NCBI RefSeq assembly: GCF_018977255.1
Contig: NW_024704742.1
Span: forward strand, 34,970,001 to 35,034,000
Direction: 5' to 3'
DNA length: 64,000 nucleotides
From: Callorhinchus milii
Lineage: Eukaryota
In this document: positions 49,871 to 60,486 of the stretch, in pieces
How the letters are laid out: each line of letters starts with the position of its first letter
Position numbering within the stretch: the first letter of the stretch is position 1
Position numbers and translations under genes: made by a program
The notes under the pieces: model-generated
What the model saw: the letters and a program-made list of their open reading frames with translations, nothing else
Told to the model about the DNA's origin: nothing
Database searches by the model: none

Positions 49871-52230
49871 ACGTGGAATATCTCCCCACTGCCTGTTTAG
49901 TTGTGTATGTGCAAGCTTGTAGATGTTCAATCAATGCTTTGTGGTCTACCTCTGTCATTCTAAAGGGCAGCGTTTTCACAGTGCACAATCTACTGCAAGT
50001 CATGGGAGAAGAGCACTGCAGAGGGAAAACTGTAATACATAAATAGCTGCACCTTATCAGTGTGGCCTCCAAATTTGTTTGGCAAACTTGCTTACTTGTT
50101 TAATTCTAAAGCCTTGTGCACACATTTGCCTATTTGACTAACATGGTACTTTAATGATGTTTGTCCTTTGCAACCAAACCCTTTCTTGTAATCATTTCCA
50201 TCTTCCAATTTAAGCCACAATTGTTTGTGCTTGCAATGTTTCAATTTAGTTCATTTTGCAAAGTGATTGGCACAATTACCAAAGAGTTCAGCTCAATGTA
50301 GCACACAATTAGTTTGCGGATCTTTTAGCACAAAAAATCGACCAGAACATTCATTTCCTACAGTGAAGGGTCTCCTGGTGATTATGTGGATTACTTGCTA
50401 GATTTTCTAATGATTTAAGAGTGATAGATTGTTTCCCCCTCTCTGAAAGCTGGGGCATTCTTCAGTGTGGAAAAACAGATTGAAATAAACTGCCCCAGCA
50501 ACAACAACAACTTGCATTTACATAGCGGCCTTCACGTAGAATAATGTCTTGCAGCGATTTACAGTGGCGGGAACAAATACTGAGCAGGGTTGAAGGGAGA
50601 AGCAGAGGGTGACCATAGGTACAGTTGAAGAGGTCATTTTTAAGGCAGGACTTGAAGACAGATAGAGAGAGGGCGCAAGCCAGATATAGGAGGTTATGAG
50701 GTTGATTTGTAAAGCCTAGCACTGCCGTGTTCAGCAAAGACCAGATGCAACATAAGCCTCTGCTACTGATATGCCAGCTCTTTGATTTTGTCCTTCGTAC
50801 GCTGTTTGAACAAAATAAATTTTATTCATCACAACTGTGTTCCTGGAAGCTTATGAATAACGCAGGCGTTTCTTATTTGCAGTCTTCACTCTAATCTCTG
50901 AATTTCAAACGACTGATGTTCGTTCAGGGTCCCTTCCCATTCCAGCCACAGACTTTGATCTTCCGATCATGCCCCCAAAAAGAAGAGGTTAATTTTTCCA
51001 TTCAGAAATTAAAGTTCAGTCACGACCGACAGCATTTCTTTTATTCTTCTGCTAAATGTGCTGAATGTTTTTGACTGCAACAAACTGTTGGAATGCAAGA
51101 AAAGGATGTGTACACTGCCCCCCTGTGCTCACAGTGAGAGGGGTCAGTCATTCAGCTAACTCACTCTGTAAAGGATCTTTGGGTGCCTCAGGATTTTCCT
51201 TAACTTTTTGATTTCTCTGTATATTTATCTGTAGTTCAAAACATTTCACCACTTTTGAAATGCTGGTTTTAGGATGACAGTCCAAAGTAAAGGGAATACC
51301 AGCCACAGGAACTCTGCTCTGATTCACTTCTACTTTGGAGCAGAGTGCTGGCAAACTGATGGGATTCCTCAATAAAGAATCCCTTTATTATTCTGATTGA
51401 CTGGGTTGTAGGACACCGTTGTGTGCAATTTGGTTGTCATGTTCCCATACAAATGCACCGTCACTACACTTTACAGAAATCCCTTGTGAATCACTTCTCA
51501 ACATTTGAAGTTTACATGATTTATGCTAATTACTATTATTTTTAAGAATTACTATTTTACTATTGCAATCAGTCTGGGTAATTTAGTACTATTGTGATGG
51601 AAGTTGGGAAAATTATTGGGGAGAAATTCCATTTCAGAACCTTAAGAATTTGGTAAATTCTTAAATACAGCCTGAACTTTGAAGCTAATTTACTGTAAGT
51701 ATTTTTTAAGAGCTACAGATAAACACAATTTAAAGATAAGACTGAATTCAACAATTTGCTAACTTTTGGATGGTCTGAAATGCTATCAAGAGTAACTCTG
51801 TACCCAGGTGGAATTGCGTCCCTTTTGGTGCTGTGGCAATGCAACAGTAATTTGCATTAATTTAGCGTCCCTCTCCATGGGTGGCGTTGCTCAATGGTGG
51901 AGTTTGATGCTGAGCCAGAAGGAGATGACTCTCGGCAGGCACTGTCCTAGAGGAAAGTCTTCAGATGTGATCTGAAGATAGGTAAAGAGATTGAGGCAGG
52001 GAATTCCAGAGGTTCAGGTTTAGAGGGTGAAAGCACGGCCGCCAATGGTGGAACACAGAAGACACCACCAGAACTGAGTTGACATGGTCCAAACTCATTT
52101 CATCGAGGAGTTTTGTAGCCACAAGGTGACAGAAGAAGAGTTGAATCCCAGATGTGAAACAACTGTATGATACCCACTTAGCACCCAGTTCCCTGGATTT
52201 TATTGCTTTTTGTTGTATTTCATTTTCCAG

Positions 52231-52393
52231 CAGAAAGATAAAGGGCCACATGTAGTGACTAACTCACCGGGATGGGTCCCTGAGAGGGGATTACTGCAGA
52301 TCAACAACAAACTGCTGAGGGCAGTGGACAAAGACGTTAGTGATTCAGAGATCATCTTCACCCTAACTCATGCAAAAGAAAATCCTAGATTTG
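52231..52393 (+). CDS. FRAS1: FRAS1 exon QKDKGPHVVTNSPGWVPERGLLQINNKLLRAVDKDVSDSEIIFTLTHAKENPRF(G)
   Basis: ttttccag|CAG tandem acceptor (alternative start at 52234), G|gtaggt donor, phase 0-1. Confidence 0.92.
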
Positions 52394-53085
52394 GTAGGTA
52401 ACCGTTAATGTTAATAATAATCCTTACATTTGATATAGCGCCTTATCACATCGTCGAGATGTCTCAAAGCACTTCACAGGATATACTGTAAAGTGTTTTG
52501 ACTGTGTATTTTGTGGGTGAAACACATCCAATTACTCACAGCAATGTGCCACAAACAGCCTTGGAGCCACGGAGTGAGTGATTTAATTTTATTTGGGAGA
52601 CTGTTCAATGCAACCGGTAAGTGCAGGAATAATGGAGGATAGGGGAGCAGATTTACTAGGACTTGGGTGAATGTATGACTTAGGTGATTATACAATTATA
52701 ACGAGAAGACTAATGCAAGTTTTCCTGTGCTACTGGAAACACAAAGGGAGAAGTTAGGAAAATAAATGTTTTAAACAGAAAATTGTTGAGATGTTGAATG
52801 TATAAACTAGAATGGTGGTTAAGGCAGAATCCATATCCGCTTTTAAGAGGGAATCAGATAAATATCTGAAATGTAAAGGCAAGAAAATGGGATAAAGTTG
52901 TTTTTTAGAACCAGCACTGACAGGATGGGCTGAATGGTCTCCACCTGTGTCCGTGGTTCTACTATGACAATTAATGTTGAATTTGCATATCCAACTCAAT
53001 TTTAATTTGATGTTGTTTATCTCCAGGGGAACTAATTGTACAACTGGTAGCATTGAGATTCACCACTAACACTTGCTGTCAACAG

Positions 53086-53264
53086 GTGATATGGTCCTAT
53101 TGGTGCCGATGCCAGCTGATGGTCCGGCAGATGGGTGGCAAAGGCTTCCAGATGGGAGGATAGCTACTGTGACCACCTCTTTCACTCAGCAGGACATTGA
53201 TGACGGTATTGTGTGGTACAGGCACTCAGGGACAATCTCTACGAAGGACTCATTCAACTTTCAG
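53086..53264 (+). CDS. FRAS1: FRAS1 exon (G)DMVLLVPMPADGPADGWQRLPDGRIATVTTSFTQQDIDDGIVWYRHSGTISTKDSFNFQ
   Basis: CACTAAC branch point at 53064-53070, aacag acceptor, CAG|gtacaa donor, 179 nt, phase 1-0. Confidence 0.96.
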
Positions 53265-54798
53265 GTACAATACTGCCAGTGTTGCTGTTGAATAGGTCCC
53301 CTCATCCCTAAAAAGGAATAGGGTTAGCACCAAAAATATCAAACTTATTACACTGTTAAAAATTTGCAACCCACTTTGAGCCAGCAGAAGTACAACATTT
53401 GGAAAGGTATTTTAAATCTTTTCTGGAATCCGCTGTCAAAACAACAATTAAATTGTAAGAAATATTTTTCTTATTGATTCTCCCTCACCAATCTGCTTCC
53501 ATCTTGGAAACAATTATAGTACAATTTACATTTATATAGTGTCTTCATATCAGGACGAGCTCTCCAAACACTTCACAGTGCTGGATGGCTACCCGATCAG
53601 TGAGGGGGGGAGGGGGGTGGAGTGGGAAAGGGGTGGTGGGCGCCAGGAGGAGGTGGGGAGGGGAAAACATCAAGTTTTAAGTGATTCATTTTCTTTTCTT
53701 CACAAATCTTTCTCTAACTATGAAGCACCATGGGAAGTTTTCCCGATGTGAAAGACATCGTATAAATGTAAATTTGTTTAGTAGCATCTATTTTCTTCTC
53801 TCCTGAATGTTTTCGACTTATTTGACCTTTTCCTGAGGTATGGTTCTGAGGGCATCATGCACTCCCTGATGTCTTGCCCAAGTGACTATACAGGACATGA
53901 GCCTTGACAGTAAGTGTTGGTGTTTTTTTGACCACAAGGAGCATTATCATCAAGACCAAGACTGCCGATATTCAACAATCAGATATTTAGCCTTCAACTG
54001 GGGTGAAGGGGTCTCTGAGTGACAGCCATATGCAGGATCCCTGGTTCCTTTCCCTCCCTTTCTCCCACGGAGTGTAAAGCCCAGTCAAAGCACCCTCTAT
54101 CATCACCCCTCCGAGTTCCACAGCACATCCTGGCGATTGAGCCTGAGACCGTTATCAATCTAGGTGATTTACTGAATAAACTCACCTGAGTCATTGGGAA
54201 ACCCACTTAAAGTGCTTTATAAAGATAAATGGGAAACTCAGTAACTAGAGGAAATGGCGAGGGCTGTTTGATTAACTATTTTTATTTAAAGATGTGCTTG
54301 CTTTGTACTAAAGATGAAATACAAGTCCAGCTGTTGCAACCACCAAATGTTTGCCAGGTGCAAAAGCTCCATGAAATGTTTATTGCTTTACAGAAAGGTC
54401 CCTGTGGAACAGTCTCCTAAGCAACATACTTTCCTCTGCCTTACCTCTCTTTACAGCCGAGACTTGGATATGGATAAGCTATTTAATTCCAGTAAAATGA
54501 ATCAACCTCACCTTTTTTAGGCTGTACTGGAGGATGCGTCAGTACTGATTTCAGGACCTTGTAGAAATAGCTACATGCAACTATCTGAAGTTCCTTGATT
54601 TATATTTATATGAAGCATGTTTTCTAGTCAATATTTTCTTCCAGAAGATTGAGAGAGTGAGTAGAGTTATGGTGGGAAAGTTTTGCGTGGTCAGTGGAAG
54701 GAATGGTTGGTGGATCCAGTGACCTTTTCTTGCTCCGAGCCTTTTTGCATTCTTTCTCATCCTAACCTTTTTCTAAAATTCTTTTAGCTACTTCTATA

Positions 54799-54966
54799 AT
54801 AATAATCAATTCCTTTTTAGCGTACTTCTATACTGTAAAGTGAATTGACTGTATATTTTGTGGGCGAACGCGGCAGCCAATTGCGCACAGCAATGTCCCA
54901 CAAACAGTCGTAGATTGAAAATGACCAATTTAATTATTGTTTTTGGTTTTTTGGAGGGATTATTAT
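54799..54966 (-). mobile_element. Rearranged fragment of the younger SINE, flanked by target-site repeats
   Basis: An internal SINE segment (54833-54966) and a tail stub (54799-54807) lie between three copies of TTTTAGC(G)TACTTCTAT. Confidence 0.85.
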
Positions 54967-55717
54967 TTTAGCTACTTCTATCTGTCTATCTGTTTTAGAA
55001 GTGAGAGTACTTTTTTCTTTGCAAATACAATTGATGGCTGAGAGTAAGTTTTGGATTCTGGTTTCCCAGTCAATCAAACCTCAGCCTCCATGGTTGCATT
55101 ATAGTTTGTGACCAGATGAATCATTAATGTGCAAGAACAAGTTCAAATAAAACTTCCGCTGAATAAATGCATCTCGGGATCTAGACAGTACGTGGACAAG
55201 GGAACCCATCCAGGAATATAGGAAAGGGAGAACAAGAGGTAGCCATTCAACCCATCAAGCGTTTCCACCAATTTATTAGCTGAATTAGATGAATATTCCT
55301 AACCAAGTACTGTCTATCTGATTTCTAAACATTCCTTTTGATTCCTCGTTTACAGCTTTCTGGGGCAGAGCATTCCACATCATCACTACCCTCTGTATGA
55401 AAAAGTACTACCTGACCTCTCTTCTAACGGTCTCGGTTCTGATACAAGCATTTATATAGTGTCCTTCACACGGTAGTATCTTGGAGCACTAATAACTTCA
55501 AGTTAAATAATGAATTACGTTTGTGGCCTCACATTTACTCTATTACAGCTCCATATTAATGGACCCTGATTTTCTTTTCACTGAAATGTGCATTCAGTTA
55601 ACGTTTCAACGACCCAGCAATTGTGTGTGTGTAAAAATAACCCTTTGATGTGAACTTGTCAAAATGCTATGTGATAAACCACTGTAAGAAAGGATTTTTT
55701 TCTCATGGCTTTTGCAG

Positions 55718-55840
55718 GTTACAAATGATCCCAGAACATACAGTGGAACTGAGAGCCATGTATTTCAAATTGGAATTTTACAGGAGAACGAAGAGGCCCC
55801 ACAGCTGGCTCCAGGGATTATTACCCCTCTACAAATCACA
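55718..55840 (+). CDS. FRAS1: FRAS1 exon VTNDPRTYSGTESHVFQIGILQENEEAPQLAPGIITPLQIT
   Basis: tttgcag acceptor, ACA|gtaaga donor, 123 nt, phase 0-0; resembles human ESHMFNIAIL...EAP. Confidence 0.92.
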
Positions 55841-57261
55841 GTAAGAATTGCCTCATTATTTGGTCCACATCTGGTGTGTTTTTCCAAGTAAAATGAAGTT
55901 AGATCTCTGCATGAGGTTCTAGATCTTAATGTTTTCCGTTATTTTTGATGTTTTAAGCTGCTCTCTTTCAATATGGTTTACTAAATAACAGCATAAAGAT
56001 CTCACCCACGTCAGGAGTGATGTGAACTTTATACTTTAACATATATAATAACAAAAATCAAGGTGTTAAAACTTACAGTTTCCTAGGTTGCACCTTGAAC
56101 AAAGGATGAACATTTCAAAGTTCTTCAAGAAGATGATGAAGATCACCAAACAGACAGGAAAGGAGGGGAATTTGAGGGTTTAACTAAGGAACGATCAAAG
56201 AGATCTGTTTTTAATTGAGTTTAGAAAACAGAGGGGGAGCACAAAGCAGAGAGATTTTAGAGAGCTGTCAGGGTAGGGTTTCTGCGGGTGAGGACTCAGA
56301 GGGTAAGCTGTGAGACGCTATCCTGTGTGAAGGATTTAAAAACAAACTATTGTGGTTGATTTCATCATTGAATCATTCAAATGTTGTGATGATCAGCATG
56401 TAACTATTGGTTCCCCATACATAATTGTTTTCATCTCAAAGCAATGTTAGTTGTCTGTTTTAATTGCTTGTATTTGATCTTTTCTGCACAAAATTAGTAT
56501 TCCAACTGTCATCCCTTTGATAAATTCTTAACCTCTGTGAGTCAATTAAAACCATGATGTAGCCATAAAACCACATCTGTATTCAGGGCAATCTTGCAAA
56601 TCGGCATTGCTTGCAATCCGAATTTCCTGCTGGCTGCACACAGCTGAACATTAGATAAGAAGCGGTGAACGTGTGGGTATTTTATAAGTGCTGTAAAATA
56701 TAGCGGGCAATCCGGTTGCTGCATATGTTGGCAATAGAAGTGTTTTTTTAACATTTTGTTTATTGATTTATGGCATTTTAACTTTGTAAATTAAAGATGT
56801 AGGGGTGATTCTGCCTTGTCAGTAAATGTACCAGCCTTTGACAGTGACAATATTCTACGGACAGAGAAGAATAACCTTGTATTTTTCTGTCCTTGGTCTA
56901 AACACCAACTGGGTTTATTTAGTATTTATGCAGCAGAAATCACATATGCACATTGACTGATCACCTTTCTCTCTCCCCCTCACTATCACCATCCACTCTA
57001 TTCGCAATGGTGACATCCTAAAAATTGGGTCTTCTGCTGGACTTCCAGCTCACAGATCTTTTGACTGCCAATGGGATACCTGATTGTATTTTTACAATAC
57101 AGAAAGCTCAAAGGATCACGGATCGTGCTAATTAAGGATTCCAAGTGTTGCAGGAATTCTGTTCCAAGTAAATCTAGTTGCAGTGGAACACCAACAGATC
57201 AGAATGGTGCCAGAAGGAGCTGCTGTCTGTGACTCCGAATTGCTATGCACCAAATTAATAC

Positions 57262-57420
57262 AATAATAATAATCCTTGCATTTTGTGAGCAAAACACCGC
57301 AGCCAATTGTGCACAGCAGTGTCGTGGATTGAGTGGCCAAATTAATATCTAGTTTTTATTATTCTTTTGAATGCATTATTATACCCGGAAAAGCAATCTA
57401 ACAATCAACTAACAACTGTT
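57262..57420 (-). mobile_element. Younger SINE, long form, internally deleted and 5' truncated
   Basis: Tail, Deu-like block and long-form segment are recognisable, with two internal deletions. Confidence 0.7.
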
Positions 57421-57703
57421 AAACTAAGGCCCCACCTGTCTGCTCAGGTGGACATTAAAGATGTCCGGGCATAGACCAGTTGGGCCGATAGGCCTGTTTC
57501 TGTGCTGTATATTCTAATGTATTCTAATGTAACTGGGTTCCTAAATTATAAAAACCCTGATGAAGAGATAAAAGTAGCAGGGCTACAGTCTCCACACCCG
57601 CTCAGACAATTAAGACAATTAAGGAAGCAAATGCCACATTTTGAACCCCAATGTTTGTTTCCGTGCAGTATTTTTAGATGAAATTATACTTTTCTTTTAC
57701 TAG

Positions 57704-57818
57704 GCACTTGAAGATCGAGTTACTGTAATCCAGGCTACCCAACTGTCATTTCTAGACAGACATACTCCCAGCCAAGATCTAATCTACAACATCACTGCAC
57801 CACTGGCCCCAGAACATG
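57704..57818 (+). CDS. FRAS1: FRAS1 exon ALEDRVTVIQATQLSFLDRHTPSQDLIYNITAPLAPEH(G), with a GC donor
   Basis: tactag acceptor, G|gcaagt donor, 115 nt, phase 0-1; resembles human AREDGLTVIQ..LSF...IVYNITLPL. Confidence 0.92.
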
Positions 57819-58229
57819 GCAAGTATTGATATAAGATTGTTAGCTTCTTTTGTACGTATGTATGGTGGTCAACAAAAGAGAAAATAATAAATAAATAACA
57901 TGTGCATTTGATATAGTGCCTTACCATGTTGTCAAAACAAAGGGTTTTACTGTGAAGTGTAGTGACTGTGTATTTGTGGGTGAAAACTGGCAAAAAGAGA
58001 AAAGAATGCTGCATTTTAAAGTATCGATGCTCATATTTATGTCAAATACATTTTTCCTGAGTTTACAGGTAGGGTTTAGGGATCCAGACCAGTTTTATAA
58101 AATGTTTCTGTCAGATCCATTGATTGTAAAAGTTATTGAAGGTTTCACAGCATAGATGAGTTTTGGGAATGAAAGAGGGTTTTGTTTTCTGCTGCTGACT
58201 TGCTCTTTTAACCCGTGTCCAGCTGCCAG

Positions 58230-58430
58230 CCAAGCTGTCCTTCAGATGGGACGTGAAACCAAGGACCCACCTGTCTGCTCAGGTGGACACAAAAGATGTC
58301 CCCTGGTACTGTTTGAAAAGAGAGGGGAGTTACTCTCGGTGTCCTGGTCACCAATCACCCAAAATAAAATGAGTCATTAATTTCATGGCTATTTGTCAGA
58401 CAACGTTCTGCGCAAATTAACTGGGGAAAC
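58230..58430 (+). mobile_element. Older Deu-domain SINE, internal fragment
   Basis: GTCCTTCAGATG..CTGTCTGCTCAGGTGGAC..AAAGATGTCC; a related piece lies at 57417-57468. Confidence 0.7.
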
Positions 58431-58510
58431 AATACAGTGTATTAACAATTACATCTGGGAAGAGCTGAGCTCCTATTTTTAAAAATATTTCTCAAACTGA
58501 TTCTTCATAG

Positions 58511-59030
58511 TACGATAAACTCCTAATAACTCAGCACTGGCTTAACGTATCACTGCCACTTAATACATCATTTTATCAATGTCTTGGCCACATTTATTGA
58601 TGTATTGATACATATACATTGTGGAGTCCTGTAGCTTAGTGGTTAGAGCACTCGCTTTGCAAGTGAGAGACCTGAGTTCAATTCCAGGCAGGGCGAAACC
58701 TTGGGCAAGTTTCCTTACTCCACACCCTAATAATAATCCCTCCAAAACCAAAAACAATAGTAAAAATTGTTCATTTTCAATCTACGACTGTTTGTGGGAC
58801 TTTGCTGTGCGCAATTGGCTGCCGTGTTCGCCCACAAATATACAGTCAATTCACTTTACAATGTGTTCTGTGAAGCGCTTTGGGACGTCCTCTCGATGTG
58901 AAAAACGCTATATCAAATGCAAGGATTATTATTATTATATGCCCAACTCGCCACTCTGGATAACTCATCACTGAGCCCCTATTTTGTTGTTGTTTTCCTC
59001 GGAGTGACGAGTTATCAAGAGTTTACTGTA
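58511..59030. mobile_element. Tc1/mariner (Tigger-like) MITE interrupted by a SINE
   Basis: TACGATAAACTCCTAATAACTCAGCACT and AGTGACGAGTTATCAAGAGTTTACTGTA are imperfect TIRs with TA ends. Confidence 0.62.
58623..58937 (+). mobile_element. Younger SINE, short form, full length
   Basis: GGAGTCCTGTAGCTTAGTGGTTAGAGC head and (ATT)n tail; near-identical to 46962-47277. Confidence 0.93.
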
Positions 59031-59708
59031 CCAGTGAACAGTAGCTGAACCAGTTTTAATAAAATAATATGTGATAAAATAATTACACGTTTTAGTGCCT
59101 TTCTTTAAAACGTATAACATTTCTAGTCATGTCATTGGAGGGGTGAATCTTCAAGTGTAGCAAGTCACTGAACAATTTACAGATACCAGTGTTTGACAGC
59201 TATAGGTTGCAGATAAAGGTTCGGGACTCTACCCGTGTGAAGACCGCTATATAAATGCAAGTTGCTGTTATATCACCCATAGTCTTTACATCTCTATCCC
59301 GTGAATAACTATGTATAACTCAGCAGACATTTATGGCTGTAACATAATCCCTGTTTGTAAGATAGTTGAGTTTTATCTCTCACAGTTTATGGTCCTACAT
59401 AAACTCCGGATTTACTGTCTTAATTATTCTATACAGAGGTAACCAGGAAAATCGAGAATTCTTTTTCAGTGAGATACTACGGGTCTTATAGTTTGATGTT
59501 GATGTGGACGAAATTATTCATTTATAGTCTCAAATATCTGAATTTTGACGACAAATTAATAATTTCACACATTTTGTCCTGTGCCCTAATAATTAACTTC
59601 AATACAGTTTTCACAACAAAAAAGGAAATTCATGTTAAAATGATAGTGCTTGCCAATTCAGTTGTCTTTCTGCTCTTCTTGTAAAATCGTGTTGTCACTT
59701 TATTTCAG

Positions 59709-59846
59709 GTGCTCTTGAACACTCGGAGGCGCCTTTCTTCCCAGTCACGTTATTTACTCAGGCTGACGTTAACAACGGAATGATCCTGTACCGTCCACCG
59801 GCAGCTTCTCCCAACTTGCAAGGCCTATTCAAGTTCTCCTTCATTG
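59709..59846 (+). CDS. FRAS1: FRAS1 exon (G)ALEHSEAPFFPVTLFTQADVNNGMILYRPPAASPNLQGLFKFSFI
   Basis: tttcag acceptor, G|gtaaga donor, 138 nt, phase 1-1. Confidence 0.95.
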
Positions 59847-60453
59847 GTAAGAGATATACTGAATTAATAGGATTTGTTCCTCTTCCCCCCTACCCATTTA
59901 TTCCATGATTGTTTCATCATCCTTGGGATAGAAAGCTCCGTATGTAGAAAAAAAAGAGTGAAACTTTAAAATGATTGTCATGAGAAGTGTGCTGTTCAAA
60001 TTTCATACAGCGCACTGATCTGAAACTGTAGCTACCAAATACCAGGAGGGAAATACAACTACTCATTATCTCCACAGGAAGGAAGAACATTAGTGTTAAC
60101 TTTAGTATTTTGAATTACAGGACTTTTAACACTAATTAAACATTATATGATTTTCATATCAATATATAATTTACTGGATCTTGCCCCCTACATGCCTGTT
60201 ATGTTGTGACGGGGACACTGAGGCCAAACTTTAGCAGTGACGGACACCGCAAATTTTTAGCCTTGAGATTCTTACGAGGCAAGCTGTTCTCACCCTGCGC
60301 TGTACAAGGTTTACAGTTCCATTTGTAGCATGCAGGACTTTAAATAAGTGTTTGAGGGACGTTTTTTTGTGGTGGCAAGCTCATTTGTTTGTTCCATTTC
60401 TCACAGGGGGCACATGTAAACTCTGTAATTTGAGCCTGGTTTTATTCCCCTAG

Positions 60454-60486
60454 GTCTGCCCGAGTCGGTGAACTTCCTTTTCACAG
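60454..60486 (+). CDS. FRAS1: FRAS1 33-nt microexon (G)LPESVNFLFT
   Basis: ttcccctag acceptor, CAG|gtatat donor, phase 1-1; matches recalled human GLPESVKFHFT. Confidence 0.92.
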
